Positions 40,101 through 55,505 of a stretch of 64,000 bases of DNA are shown here, piece by piece; position 1 is the first letter of the stretch; each line of letters starts with the position of its first letter. The stretch is from Lama guanicoe (taxonomy: Eukaryota). A program made the position numbers and the translations under genes. The stretch covers positions 172,666-236,665 of the forward strand of contig MU054085.1 of NCBI GenBank assembly GCA_013239625.1. Reading direction: 5' to 3'. Under the pieces are notes generated by a model that made no database searches, was not told the origin of the DNA, and worked only from the letters and a program-made list of their open reading frames with translations.

Positions 40101-42579
40101 GATTTAGAATCTTTTTTATAATCTCCATTTTGGTTTCTCGAATAGAGATCCAGTCAAATATGGATTTGACACAAACAGGGTCCATTGAGCATTTGGGAGC
40201 TGGCAGAAATTCCTTCTAGATTCTAAATCTAAAAGGCAGGTTGAACAGCCCCTGCCTAAGCTGTGAACCTATCAAGTACTGACCTTCTGTAGTTTTGCTG
40301 AACTTGTCCCAAATGCCCATTTCTCTATGAGCACATAATCCTTTGATCTGAGAAAGAATATAAGAAACAATATTCCCTTGAACACTTTTTTCAGGGCTCT
40401 CTCTCTCTCTCTCTCGCATGTTTTCCCTAAGGGCTTAAACACATGTATCTCAGGTGCGTATATATATCTCCCCTGTCTCCTAACTTTTTTCTGCATCCTG
40501 GGAGTTGTAGCCTCTCAGAACCAGAAGCTCTCAAGTGGGAAAGAGGATGCAGTGAAGGTGTTCTGGTGACCTCAGAAAATAATGACTTGCCCTGGAGGTT
40601 GCAACACCTGTTTCCTCACGTTGACAACAAAAAGTGCTTGTATGCATTTGCTGGGGCTGCCATCTCAAAGGATCACAAACTGGGATGGCTTAAACCATAG
40701 AATCTTAGTTCTTGGTAAAATTGCAATTCAGTGAAAACTGTCCCCTATACATTGGCATACGTTCAGTTGTTAACATTAGTACCCAATGCTATTGCAGGTT
40801 TCCAGAATTTTGTCTACTTTGCTGAGTTTTGTGTTGCAGGCAAAAATCCTTGAAAAGGCTTTGTTGGGGGTTATTAACTGACTGCCAGATTAACTGTGGC
40901 ATTCTAGTCATCAAATATGTGTTGATAAATGAGTGATTCTGGAGTGTGTCCTGTTGTACTTTTATCACATCTTACTGCTGTAAATTGTTTTAATGCCCTC
41001 TTGAACCATGAATAATTAGGGGTTGTTTTCCACTGAGGAAGTTGGCTTCTGATCAACCTGACAAGCAAATCTGGTTCAACTAAAGAAGGAGTGTGAAAAA
41101 TGAAGGTGGGATGGGAATGACTGGAGGAACTCAGCACCTGACTTCTCCATAATGAACCAGACAGAGGAGGAAGAACAAAATTCCTTTTCTGGTCTTCATG
41201 AGGGGGTGAACAGGAGCAAACTGCAAGCTGATGTTCTAATTATACAATAGTTATCTACTCTTTTAACTAGAAAGAATATTCATCATACTTCTTTCCCTCA
41301 CCCAAAAGAAGTCACCCTCTGACTTGGTAATGATCAAGCTACATTCTTAAGTAGAAAGGCAGAAATTAGACCTTCCTGTTCTTATGCAGAGAACAGTTCT
41401 GTAATAAGCTGTCTCCATTCTTCTGAGCCATGTGGATGTTCCAGAGGACAGAAGCCTGATCCGTTAAAGAATATGCTGGTGCCCTGGTCTCCCTGGTGAG
41501 GGCTAATTACAGCACTGCACTCAGGAACTCAGGGATGAAGCAGTCATTCTTTTGCCTTCACTCCTCACCCACTCCTGTGCTGTACTCCCAACTGGAGGAC
41601 TTCCATGTCTTGGCTGACAGTCTGTATATTACCCTTTCTGAATTTTGTGGTCCTTTCTCTCCACGGTATTATGCCAAAAATCCTCCACTGGACCCAAATG
41701 ACATCGATATTATTGCATCCTCTGTAACACCGAAATCTATCATGTATTGTTTTCTAACATTTCTCTTCTGAAAGCAGTTGATAACTATGCACCATCTCCC
41801 CAGATAATAACAAATGACAGCTGAGGGAGGAGGAAGTTATTATATAAAAGATTTTTTTTCATAATCCAGAGCAATAGAGACTGAACGGAGAATGACTTCT
41901 TCCCATTTTAATTGCATTAATTCTCTCCATTTGTGAATTTGTACAAGGGTTAAGGATTTCATTAAAGATGCCTCCCCGGGAAATTAGAAGGTGATCGATT
42001 GTATGGCTTCTGCTGTCAAATGGAGATCCTGTTCTCAGTCTTCTCAGTCTCAGTTCAGGGGCAGAGAATGAGACAGTGCTGAACACGGGCTTTTAGGGAA
42101 TCAATCAGGAGTCTTCACTGATTGATAAGAAATTCTGATCGTTTTTATTTATTTATTTATCTATTTATTTACTCTGAAACAGTGTCTGCTTTGCGGCTAC
42201 TGAGTGCCAATTAAATACAGGTTCACGAAAGTATCTTTGAAATTGGGTTTCTAGTTCAAGGAAGTCCTCAGATGTAAATGTCCTCACTCTCATAGCTTCT
42301 GGATGATGGGTACTTTCTTTTGCAAATTGATTACTCATAGAGGTGTGCTTTGGTTGTCACAATGACTCTGGCATTTAGATGTGGGGACCAGGAATGATGG
42401 ATGTTCTTCAGTAAGTGGCACAGTAATGCCCAAAGAAATACTGCCCCATACTCCAAATGATTTCGAATGTCCCTCCAGAAACTTGTGCAGGTGAAAAATC
42501 TGCTTATAACTACCCCAAATCTAGAATCTAGCTTTCACTTTTATATAAATCAACTGAATTAATTTACTATTACTCAAAA

Positions 42580-42998
42580 CAATACAAGTTTATTTTTAGA
42601 GCTTTAGAGGTCAAAAGTCTGAAATGGGTTTTTCTATGTTAAAATCAAGGTGCTAGCAGGGCCCTATTCTTTCCACAGACTCTAGGGAAGAATCTACTCC
42701 CTTGCCTTTGCCAGCTTCTAGAGGTCTGTATTACTTGGCTCATGGCCTTTTCCCCCATTTTCAAAGCTGAAAACATAGCGTCTTGAGATTTCTCTCTTTG
42801 ACCCTTCTGCCTCCCACTTTCATTTATGAGGACCTTTGTGATTGCGCTGGGCTCACCCAGATACACCAGGACAGCCTCTCTATCTCATGATCCTTAACTG
42901 AGTCATATCTGCCTTGTGCCATGCAAGGTAACATGTTTGCAGGTTCTGGGGTTTAGGGACGAGGACACCTTTGGGAGACCATTATTCTGCCTACAACA
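42580..42998 (-). mobile_element. MLT1 LTR within a probable hAT/Charlie remnant (~42340-43460)
   Basis: ccttgcctttgccagcttctagagg...ccattattctgcctacaaca. Confidence 0.8.
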
Positions 42999-45809
42999 GA
43001 AAAAGTATTTTTGAACTTTTTTTTAATATCATGCATTTTTAAGGAAACTACCTACTCTATAAATAAGGGAATGTTGTAGTTTGTTTTATTCATGACCAAG
43101 AATTGATCCTTATTTCAGCACATCATGTCACTGAATCAGCATGACTCATAGTATTTGAGTAGCAGCCCCCCATAAAAAAAAGAAACCCCATTATTGCACC
43201 TTCCTGAATCTGTTGCTGTCACATTCTCTTTATTCTAAATAAAGGAAAAAGCCTAGCCTGAGCATCTCCATACTAAACCCACAGGATTTTATTATGGATT
43301 GCTTTTTTTCCATATTTCTTTTGTATAATACAGTCAGAATATTATATTGTTTTCTTCCTTGAAAATGTGTGTACAGTTAGATTATAATATCTATGAATTG
43401 TATTTCAAATTAATAAAAGGGACAGTTTAAAACATTTGACATAAGAAGTAGGGCATCGGGTCAGATGTATGCCTCTCAGCTTCCTGCTGCCCCACTCAAC
43501 TGGTGAAATCTCTTTTCTCCAGCACTATCATCTGTGCCCTGGATTTCATTTCCTTCCATTTCCTTCAAAACCCTACTGAACCTATTTTCTTCAGGGCATT
43601 GAGCAATGCCCCCATGACATAGTTCTGATAAATGCTCTACTCCCATGATCATGAACTTTCCAGGAAAATCTCTGGAGAAAGCCTCTAGACATCCAAGAGC
43701 CTTTGGGAAAAGTGTTCTTGCTAGAGCAGGATTTCAGGAAATCCCATGGATCCTGAATAAGACCTCCACCCTGTTCCTACCTTACCACACAATGAGATGT
43801 CTCGGTGTCCAGTGTCAAGGGGGAAGCTCTAATTAAGAACATTTTATGGGCCTTCCTTATAATGACCACCAGGAACAACCCTATTGCTTCTTATTTCTCT
43901 GTATATTTGACCACCACCAGAGGTCTGAGCATCTCCAGTCAACAACACCACCTTGGCTTTTATCTCCAATATGGCTGTAAGCATTTCACTCATCTGATGG
44001 ACTCTTCCATGGAACAATTAGTCTACCATCAACAAAATCCTTATCCCTTTCTTCAGAGGCTCCCTTCACCTTTCTACTGCCTGAAACGTGACTGTTTCAG
44101 GATGTTAATTCCACAACTGCAATTATCTCAGGTGATTAGCTATTTTTCCTCCACAGCCCACCAACCATAAAGCCTGGACCAGGGGCACATGTACTTATGG
44201 CTCCTCACCTCCACTTCCAGACCCTTATTCTTTCTTTTTTAATCTGCTGCTTCTTTGAAGCACATGATATAAGGTTATACCACTTGTTGCAGACATTTCC
44301 TGAGTCATCTACTACTTATTCCTTTTGTCCTTAGGAGATTTTAGCCCCTGGCTCACTGTCTTCCTTCCCAGCAAATCCCTGTCTTCACTTTTGGTAATAT
44401 ACAATACCCACATACAGACTCATTTCCTTAACTTCCTCCCTTCCAGCAATGCTTCCTTCCACTTGCCTCTAGCCTTCCACACTCATACTTGAATCATTAC
44501 CTGGACATTTTCATCACCAATAACTACATCATTTCTCAAATTCCTACTTCAAGCCTCTTATTCTGTGGCTGTCAGCTCATCTTTTCAGCTCATACCCTCT
44601 GGTTCCCCAGATCCAGCAATTCTTAATACTCACCAGGATCTCCAGTCCATCAATGTTACCACTTTTCATTATCTATCGCCCATCCTTGCTCCTCTATTCA
44701 TCCAGCTTAGATTCCATGATGCACCCCTGTAATCATTCCTTGTAGATACATTAGCTCCACTTTCCTCTCCCTCTCCACTTCATTCATCTGACAAAACCCC
44801 AATGCTAATACATAGTTCTCTGCCTTCCTAAGCTTACATTGTAGAAAAACACATATTATGTTGGACTTATAAGTTTTCTTGTCAGTTCACAAACTTCAAG
44901 TGAGCCTTCCATATTGCTTAACAATCTTAAAGTATTATCTAGTCATGGTACTCTCCACCTCCACAACACAACTCTTTTTCAACTTTTCCTCTCTTCTCAA
45001 CCTCTAACATCTCATCTTTCCTCAGTTTCAGTCAGTGACCTTAACTTTTATTTCACCGAAAACATGGAACCAGTAAAAATGAACTATATAATTTTATCAA
45101 CAAACCTACCAGTCTACTGTCATCTCTACCCATTTTCCATTGTTCCTCCAGCTAGACTGGATTTATTGTCTCACTTCATTTTGAAAGCCAATCCTGGACC
45201 CATCCCCATTTACACATTCAAACGCTTTGCTCTTAAATTCTCCTCTCATCAGCATCATGAATCTCTCTCTCAGTTGCCCCATTCTTATCACCATACAAAT
45301 AAGCTGTAACTTAAAAAAAAATCCTTCCTTCTCCTCACATCCCTCTGCCTACTATGCTTTTCCCTCTTCTCCCATTTGTAACTCCACTACTCCCCATATA
45401 TTATTCTCCAAAGTACTGAAGACACTTTTATCAAGGGTAGTAATTATTTCACCTTGTCAAATGCAAAGGACTTTGTTCTCATCTGACTTAACCTCTCAGC
45501 AACTTATGACACAGTAGATACTTCCTCCTCCCTGAAAGGTTTTCCTTAGCTTCCAGAAAACCTTAACTTACTGACTATTCCTTCTTGATTGTATTTGCTA
45601 GTTCTTACTCCTCTTCTTGATCTTCTAAGTTTGATGTTCCTTGGTGCTCAGTCAGTGGCAATCTTCTCTATTTCACTCTTTCCCCTATGAAATAATTATG
45701 TATTAGAAACATACAGCTTTATGGCTGTAGGTATATGCTAATGACTCTCACATTTGTATTCTGGCCTTTACCACTCCTTCCTGAAATGCAGGTTATTTTT
45801 AAAAGTCAG

Positions 45810-46760
45810 TCCAAAGAAGACATACAGATAGACAACAGGTACATGAAAAGATGCTCAATGTCACTAATCATCAGAGAAATGCAAATCAAAACCACAAAAA
45901 GACAAGAAATAACAAGTGTTGGAAAGGATGTAGAGAAAAGGAAACCCTTGTGAACTGTTGGTGAGAATGTAAACTGATGCAATCTCGACTGAAATCACTA
46001 TCGAGACTCCTTAAAAAATTAAGAATAGAACTGCAATATGATCCAGTGATTCCACTTCCGGGTATTTATCCAAAGAAAACAAAAACACTGATTTGAAAAG
46101 ATATATACACCATCGTGCTCACTGCAACATCATTTACAATAGCCAAGATATGAAAATAATCTGTGTCCATCAATGAATGAATGAATAAAGAGGTAGCATG
46201 TATACATAGTGGAATACTATTCGGCCATAAAAAAGCATGAAGTCTTTTCCATTTGCAACAACATGGATGGGCCTTGGAGGCATTATGCTAAGTGAAACAA
46301 ATCAGACAGAGGAAGATAAATATCATATGATGTCACTTACATATGGATTTTAAAACTTATCAGAAAAACAAAACAACAAGCTCATAGATACAGAGAACAG
46401 TTTTGTGGTTGCCAGAGGTGGGCATGGGAGTAGGTGGGTGAAATGGATAAAAGGGATCAAAAGGTGCAAACTTTCAGTTATAAGTCATGGGATGTGATGT
46501 AATATATAGCATGGTGACTATTGTTAATAATACTGTATTGTGTATTTGAAAGTTAATAAGAGAGGAACTCTTAAAAGTCCTCATCTCAAGAAAAAATTTT
46601 TTGGGATTATGTATGGTGACAGATGTTGACTAGACTTATTGTCATGATCATTTCACAATATCTATGAATATTGAATCATTATGTTGTACACTTGAAATGA
46701 ATATAATGTTATATATCAACTATACCTCAATAAAAATAAATTAAATAAAGTAATAATAAT
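45810..46760 (+). mobile_element. L1 3' fragment (older L1M-type 3'UTR)
   Basis: [18 protein letters not shown]; 3'UTR ending tatacctcaataaaa. Confidence 0.9.
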
Positions 46761-47222
46761 CAACTGTTAGTTCATTCAATACCTCCACATGTCCATCTGC
46801 TACCTATATGAAACTTATCAGGGCCAAAATCACTCCTGATTTATTCTCCTGAACCTATTTATTCTCCATTCTGCCACATCTTAGTAAATGAAATTACCAT
46901 TCTCCCAGTTGCTTAACCTCAAGTATAGGAGTGATTCTTAATTGCTTTTTAAATCTTCTATCATATATCTATTCCATCAGCAAATCATTTGCTTTACTTT
47001 GAAAACATATCCAAAATCTGAACATTTTCCATCTCTACCATTATACCCTTGTTTAAACCACCATGGTCTCTCTCTGGGGTCACCACAGGTCACCTAGTGT
47101 TTATTCTCCACATAACAGACAGATGATCTCTTAAAAGTGTAGATAAGATCATGTCCCCACTCTGCTCATTATATTCTAATTGTTTATAATCACACATGGA
47201 CTGAAAAACAAATTTATCTTGC

Positions 47223-47624
47223 TGTGGCAAAAAACTCTTAATGGTCACTAAACATTCATTTGCTCTCCCACATTTTCCAGAGTCCTGGCAGTTGGGTTAG
47301 GGTTAGGGACCCTAGGACCATATGACTAGTTCTTGCTACTGAACTATGAAGAGAAGTGATGTGTATTGCCTCTTGCCTGGGGAATTTAAAGCTCCTGTGT
47401 GACTGTCACTTCTTTCTTCCCTTAATATAGCAACCAAGGAGCTCAGGTTGAAATGGCTGAGCCACAAATGGAAAAAGCCTGCAATAAATAATGTTTTCAG
47501 GGAGCTCCCCAGAAGAGAAGTTAGACTTACAGTGACTGATGAATAAACTTCTGTGCATTAAGCCATTGAGATTTGAGTATGTGCTTGTTACTGTAGGATA
47601 GCATACCCTACCCTGACTAATACA
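47223..47624 (+). mobile_element. Old MLT1 LTR
   Basis: TG...CA termini; aataaacttctgtgcattaagccattgagattt...ctgactaataca. Confidence 0.75.
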
Positions 47625-47873
47625 TGTGATATGCATGGCCTTCTTCCCTAACCTCATTCTCCCTCTGATTCTCTGCAGTCCAGCCACACCCAAGTTTTAT
47701 TTCCAAACAATTCCTGCCTCGGGGCCTTTTATTTTAGCTGTCCCTTCTACCTAGAAAGTCCCTGCCCAAGAACAACACATGCAGACTTCATCACAATATT
47801 CTGGTCTTTGTTCAAATGTTACCTCCTCAGAAAGGCCTTCTCAGGCCTCCCTATTTTAAAAAGTCTGCTTCTA

Positions 47874-48781
47874 CAACCTACTGAATGGGAGAAATATTTG
47901 CAAATGATATGACTGACAAGAAGTTAATATCCAAAATATATAAACACTTCATACAACTCAATATCAAAACAACATACAATCCAATCAAAAAATGGGCAGA
48001 TGGCCTGAACAGACATTTTTTTCCAAAGAAGACATACAGGTAGCCAACAGGACCATGATATGATGCTCAATGTCACTAACCATCAGAGAAATACAAATCA
48101 ATACCATAATATCACCTCACACCCATCAGAATGGCTATTATCAAAAAGACCACAAATAACAAATATTGACAAGGTTGTGCAGAAAAAATAACCTGCTTTA
48201 ATTCACTTCTGGGTATATATATAAAGAAAATGAAAACACTAATTTGAAAAACTACATGCATCCCAATGTTCATAGCAGCTTTTTAAAATAATAGCCAAAT
48301 ATGAAAGCAACCTAAGTATCCATCAACAAGTGAATGAATAAAGAAGATGTGGTATATATACAGAACAGAATATAAAAAGAATAATATTTTGCCATTTGCA
48401 ACAACATAGATGGACCTTGAGGGTATTACAGTCAGACAGAGAAAGATCAATAACGTACATGATTACTTATATGTGGAATTTAAGAAATGAAACAAAAGAA
48501 TGAGTACGACAAAACAGAAACAGACTTACTGATATAAGGAACAAGCTAGTGGTTACCAATGGGGAGACGGAAGGGGGAAAAGGAGTAGGGACCTAAGAGG
48601 TAAAACTACTATGTATAAAATGAATAAGCTACAAGTATATATAGTACAGCACAGGGAATACAGCCAGTTTATAACAAATTTAAATGGAGTATAATCTATA
48701 AAAACATAGAATCACAATGTTGTACATCTGATACGAAAGCAATATTATAAATCATAGTTCAATTAAACAAAACAAAACAAA
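47874..48781 (+). mobile_element. L1 3' fragment
   Basis: caacctactgaatgggaga...aaaatgggcaga...acagcacagggaata, followed by a (CAAAA)n tail. Confidence 0.9.
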
Positions 48782-49195
48782 TATAAATTTATAGTTAGAT
48801 AAAAGATTGTGGGGTCATTTTGAAATACTTCTTTCCTAAATTCCTTTTAAAACACCTAGGAAATAATTTTTTAATAAAAATATAGAAATACAACCTGAGC
48901 AAGTACAATAAGGGGAAAATAATAATAATAAAAAGCAAAATTCTTCAACCTGTTGGTTCTTAACTGTCTAAATAATTTATTATTCCTCATATATTAAACA
49001 TTAAGATTATTAAAAATAAATAAAAGTGGATTCAACATAATACCTATGATCATGTCACTCACCCACTTGTTTTCCTAAGTAAGAAATAAAGAGGAAACTC
49101 ACAGTGAAAATTTCTAATAATTTTCAGTCTATCTTATTTACCCCACAGTCTGTAGTGAACTTCTACTACTGAGGCTCCACTAACAGTTGGGATGT

Positions 49196-52100
49196 GCAAG
49201 AGAAAAGCAACAAATAACATACAAGGGAACTCACATAAGATTATCAGCTAATGTTTCAGCAGAAACTCTACAGGCTGGAAGGGAGTAGCATGATATATTT
49301 GAAGTGATGAAAGGGAAAAACCTACAACCAAGAATACTTTATCCAGAAAGGCTCTCATTCTATTTGATGGAGAAATCGAAAGCTTCACAGGTAAACAAAA
49401 GTTAAAGAATTTAGCACCATCGAACCAGCCTTAAAATAAATGTTAAAGGAACTAATCTAGTCATTAAACCACAAGAAAAGACAACAAATAGAAGAAAGGC
49501 CTACAAAAACAAACCCCAAACAATGAACAAAATGACAGTAAGAACATACATATCAATAATTACCTTAAATGCAAATAGATTAAATGCTCCAACCAAAAAA
49601 CATAGAATGAGTACAAAAACAAGACCCATATATATGCTGTTTAAAAGAGGCCCACTTCAGAGTTAGCAACACATGCAGGCTGTAAGTGAGAGGGTGGAAA
49701 AAGTATTCCATGTAAATGGAAACCAAAAGAAAGCTGGAATAGCAATACTTGTATCAGACAAAATTGATCTTAAAATAAAGACCTTTACAAGAAACAAAGA
49801 AGGACACTGTATAATGCTCAAGGGATCAACCCAAGAAGACATAACAACTGTAAATATATATGCACCTAACACAGGAACACCTCAACATTTAAGGCAATTG
49901 TTAACAGACATAAAAGGGGAAATTGACAATAACACAATAATACTGGGGGACCTTAACACCCCAGTTACATCAATGGACAGATCATCTAGGCAGAACATCA
50001 GTGAAGAAATACAAGCCCTAAATGACACATTAGACCAGATGGACTTAATTAATATCTATAGAGCATTCCATCCGAAAGCAAAAGAAGGCACATTATTCTC
50101 AAAGGTGCATGGAAGATTCTCCAGAATCTCACATGCTAATCCACAAAGCAAGCTTCAATAAATTTAAGAAAATTGACATTGTACAAAGCATCTTTCCAAC
50201 AACAATGCTATGAGGTTAGAAATTAACTACAAGAAGGAAAAGGCAAATACTGCAAACATGGAGGCTAAACAATAAGCTACTAAACAACAAACGGATCACT
50301 TGAGAAATTAAAAAGGAAATCAAAAAATACTTTGAGACAAATGAAAATGAAAACACAATGATCCAAAACCTTTGGGATGCAGCAGAGGCAGTTCTAAGAG
50401 GGAAGCATACAGTGATACAAGCCTACCTCAGGAAACAAGAAAAATCTCAAATAAACAACGTAACCTTACACCCAAAGCAGATAAACAAAGAAGAGCAAAC
50501 AAAACCCAAAGTTAGTAGAAGAAAAGAAATAATAAAGATCTGAGCAGAAATAAATGAGAGACTTAAAAAAAAAATAGAAAAGAGCAATGAAACCAAAATC
50601 TAGTTCTTTGCAAAGATAAACAAAGCTGATAAACCTTTAGTCAGACTCAACTGGAAAAAAGGAAGAGAGCCCAAATTAATAAAATCAGAAATGAAAAAGG
50701 AGAAACCATAACTTGCATCACAGAAATTCAAGGGATCATAAGAGGTTACTATGAGCAACTATATGCCAACAAAAAGGACAACCTAGAAGAGATGGAAAAT
50801 TTCTTAGAAATGTACAATTTGCCAAGACTGAATCAGGAAGAAATAGAAAATATGAATAGACCATTACCAGCACTGAAATTGAATCAATAATTTTAAAACT
50901 CCCAACAAACAAAAGTCCAGGACCAGGTGGCTTCACAGGTGAATTCTACTGAACATTTAGAGAAGAGTGAAAATCTATCTTTCTGAAAATATTTCAAAAA
51001 ATTGCAGAGGAAGGAATACTTCTGAACTCTTTCTATGAGGCCACCATCACCCTCATACCAAAACCAGACAAAGCTATCACCAAAAAGAAAATTAAAGGCC
51101 AGTAACACGTATAACTACAGATGCAAAAATCCTCAACAAAATACTAGCACATCAACTCCAACAATACATTAAAAAGATCATACACCATGATCAAGTGGAA
51201 TTTATTCCAGAGATGCAAGTATTTTTCAGTATCCACAAATCAATCAATGTGATATACAGCACATTAACAAATTGAAAAGTAAAAACCATATGATCATCTC
51301 AATTGATACAGAAAAACTTTTGATAAAATTCAAGATCCATTTATGATAAAAACTCTTCAGAAAGTGGGCAAAAAGGGAACATACCTGAACATAATAAAGG
51401 CTATATATGACACACCCACAGCTAACATCATACTCAGTTCTAAAAAGCTGGAAGTATTTTCTCTAAGATCAGGAAAAAGACAAAGATGCCCACCCTCACC
51501 ACTCTTATTTGACATAATTTTGGAAGTCCTAGCCACAGCAATCAGAGAAGAAAAAGAAGTAAATGGAATCCAAATTGGAAAAGAAGTTAAGAAGTCACTT
51601 TTTGTAGATGACATGATACTATACATAGAAAATCCTAAAGATACTACGAGAAAACTACTAAAGCTCATCAATGAATTTAGTAAAGTTGCAGGATAAAAAA
51701 TTAATATACAGAAATCAGTTGCATTTCTATACACTAACAACAAAATATCAGAAAAAAAGAAATGAAGAAAACAGTCCTATTTACCATTGCACTGAAAATA
51801 ATAAAATACCTAGGAATAAATCTATCTAAGGAGGCAAAAGATCTGTACTCCAAGAATTATAAGATGCTCATGAGAGAAATTGAAGATGACACAAACAGAT
51901 GGAAAGATAAACTGTGTTCCTGCATTGGAAGAACTAACATTGTTAAAATGGCCATACTACCCAAGGCAATATACAGATTCAATGCAATCTCTATGAAATT
52001 ACCAATGACATTTTTCACAGAACTGTAAAAAAAAGTTGTAAAATTTATATGGAAACACAGAAGGCCCTGAATAGCTGAAACAATCTTAAGAGGAACAGAA

Positions 52101-53646
52101 CTGGAGGAATCATATGCCCTGACTTGACTATACTACAAAGCTACAGTAATCAAAACAGTATGGTACTGGCACAAAAACAGACACATAGCTCAATGGAACA
52201 GGTTTGAAAGACCAGAAATAAACCCACACACTTATGGTCAATTAATCTACAGCAAAAGAGCAAGAATATACAATAGAGAAAAAACAGTCTCTTAAATGAG
52301 CTTGGCTGAGAAAACTGGACAGATACACGTAAAAGAATGAAATTAGAACATTCTCTAACATCATATACAAAAATGAACTCAAAAGGGACTAAGGACCTAA
52401 AGGTAAGGCTGGATGCTCTAAAACTCCTAGAGACATAACTCACAGCAATATTTTTTTGCATCTGTCTCTTAGAATAATCAAAATAAAAGCAAAACTAAAC
52501 AAATAGGACTTAATAAAACTTATAAGCTTTTGCACAGTGAAGAAAACCATAAACAAAATGAAAAGAAAACCTAAAAATGAAATGAAAGAAAATATTTGCA
52601 AATCATGTGACCGACAAGGGATTAATTTCCAAAATACACAAACAACTCATATAGCTTAATATCAAGCAGCAACCCAATTAAAAAATGAGCAGAAGATCTA
52701 TATAGACATTTCTCTAAAGAAGATACACAGATGATCAATAAGCATGTGAAAAGGTGCTCAACGTTACTAATTATTAGGGAAATGCAAATGAAAACCACAG
52801 TGAGGTATCACCTCACGTCAGTCAGAATGGCCATCATTATACAGTCTACCAGTAATAAATTCTGGAAAGGTTGTGGAGAAAAGGGAACCTTCCTACACTG
52901 TTGGTGGGAATGTAAATTGATGCAGCCACTATGGAGAACAGTATGAAGGTTCTTTAAAAAACTAAAAATAGAGCTACCGTATGATCAAGCAATCTCACTT
53001 CTGGGCATATATCCAGAGAAAATTCTAAGATACATGCACCCCAATATTCATAGCAGCGCTATTTACAATAGCCAAGACACAGAAGCAACCTAAATGTCCA
53101 TTGACAGATGACTGGATATATGTAAATTAGAAATTACTCAGCTACAACAAAGAAAAAGTAAAAACAATGCCATTTGCAGGAACATGGATGGATCTAAAGA
53201 TTATCATACTAAGTGATGTAAGTCAGATAAGGAAAGACAAATATCATGATATCACTCACATGTGGAATAAAAAAAACAGAAAAATTTTTAAGTGATACAA
53301 ATGAACTAATTTACAAGCCGAAAAAAAAAAATAGAATTACAGATATAGAATACAATATACGATTACCAATGGGGAAGTGGGGGATAAATTAGGGGTTTGG
53401 GATTAACATATACACACTACTACATATCATACAGATAAATAACAAGGATCTACTGTACAGCATAGGAAACTCTATTCGATACCTTGTAATAACCTACCGT
53501 AGAAAAGAATCTGAAAAGGAATTATATGTATACATATACATATATAGAATTGCATCACTTTTCTGTACATTTGAAACTAGCACAAAGTTGTAAATCAACT
53601 ATACTTCAATTTAAAAAATGTTTTTAAATTCAAAACAAACCAAAAA
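49196..53646 (+). mobile_element. 5'-truncated L1 (~4.4 kb): ORF1 C-terminus, disrupted ORF2, 3'UTR
   Basis: EN peptides (KKAGIAILVSDK, VNIYAPN, GDLNTP), RT motif [11 protein letters not shown]-terminal [11 protein letters not shown]2 ATG at 49532. Confidence 0.95.
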
Positions 53647-55505
53647 AGCAATAACATATGCAGAACTAATCTGAGTGGTGAGCAACTTTCACCTTTCATC
53701 TCATTGAATTTATTACTGCCCCTCACAGTCAGAGAAGCAGTATTACCAGATCAGTCTTTTTTCTGAGCCCCCTGTTGCTGTGTGCTTGGTTCCAAGTCAG
53801 ACTACCTTTTCCCTGAATAACCCTTCCTGTGGGGCTAAGGGATTGGTCTCTGCACCTCCTGCCTTAGATGCTGCTCCACAAAACTAGAACTAGTTATCAT
53901 TACTGACTCCTGAAAAATAAAGGTGTCAATTCTCAGTGTCCTCCAGCTGCTAATTTCATGAAACATCATACACATCTTTTAGTTTTCACCGTTGGAAGAA
54001 ATTTTAAATTTTTACTTTAAGTGGGAGAAATTACAGAGATTGAAAAAGTAAAATCCCTGATGTTTGTTGGAGTTTAATTAGAGAAAAATCTGATATTATT
54101 TAGTATACTTAGTATACTTATCAAGTTTTTTTTTCCTAGGTAATCAGTGCCTTCAGTAAATAAATATTCCTTCTGAATGGGGTCGCTGTCTGTCTGTCTG
54201 TCTGTCTCCTAATTCTATGGAAAGTTTACAGGAAGGATTGAAATTAGTTCTCCAATCTGCAGCTGAAGGTTTCTCTGCTTACATTTTGGTTCCACAATGA
54301 AATTTGGTAAAGTTTAGCGAGACAGTTTAATCCAGGGATTCAACTTTAAGAGTTTTAACCTAAGAAAAGAAGAAGGGATGCTCTCAAAGATTTATGTCAA
54401 GGAAATTAATTGCAAAGTTACTTGTAATCATTAAAAATGGAAATAATGCACATCTAAAAATAAAGAAATGATTAAATAAATTATTATAACCATGCAATAT
54501 AATGCATCCATTAAAAATACTGTTTTTGAAACTATTTCAAAATAAGGAAATATGGAAAATGGCCATGATATGATGCTAAGAACAAAACAAAAAAGGTAAT
54601 GAAACTGCTTTTATTATGATCCAAAATTTATCCTAAAAGGTGTGAATGACTGTATGTGGCATAAATAACAAAGAAAAAATACAAGCTAGCATTCTAGACT
54701 TTTAACTGGCTACCTGTCAGTAGTGGAATTTTAGACTTTTACTTTTTTTTTTACCTTTTTTTTTTTTTTACAATTTTAACATTTTCTAAATGTTCTTCTA
54801 GAAGAAGAAGATTTATTCACTCATTCATTTAATCAGTAAACATGCAGTGACAGTTAAATGCCCAGCACTCTGCTTTGTTCTGAGGAGATAAAGTAAACAA
54901 AGCAGAACAGACGTGTTCCTTGCTCTGCCCAGAGTTTATAATACTTTAAAATTAGGAGGAAAAGTCTTTTAAAATTTCATTTCATTTGACCCAGTAATTT
55001 TACCTCTGGGAATCTACGCTAAGGAAATAATCAACAAAGGAAAACAAAATTATTATACAGAAATGTTTATTAGCACATTAATCATAATGGCAAAAAAATC
55101 TAAAAAAGCATCTAAATTCCCAGCAGTAGGGGAATGGTTAAAGTAATAATGGCACATTCATATAATGGAATAACAGGAAGCCACTGCAATTACATTATTA
55201 AAGACTTTTTAATAATAAAATTATTATTAAATAAAATTATTAATTACAATTATTATTAAGGTTTTCCAATAATATCAATAGAAAAAAGTAAGCTACAGAA
55301 TTCTATAGACCCTGATCTCAGTTATGTAGTTTAATAGTCATAAAAGAGAAATTCAAATGTTAACAGGTGTTATTTTTGCATGGTGAAGTAATGGTTGATT
55401 TCTATTTCTGTGTTTAAGTTTCTTCATGAACGAGATTGAATTTTATAATCAGGAAAATCATGTTGCTTTTATGTTTTGAGATGGTTCAAAGATTATCTGT
55501 TAAAA

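Larger units (their letters stand above)
44200..47840 (+). mobile_element. Fragmented L2, interrupted by L1 and MLT1
   Basis: C/T-rich L2-like phrases (acctctcagcaacttatgacacagt, tccatcagcaaatc, ttcaaatgttacctcctcagaaaggccttc). Confidence 0.65.

Noticed and set aside
43805..45517. ORFs of 96-131 aa
   Set aside because: In or beside decayed L2, compositionally biased, no protein features.
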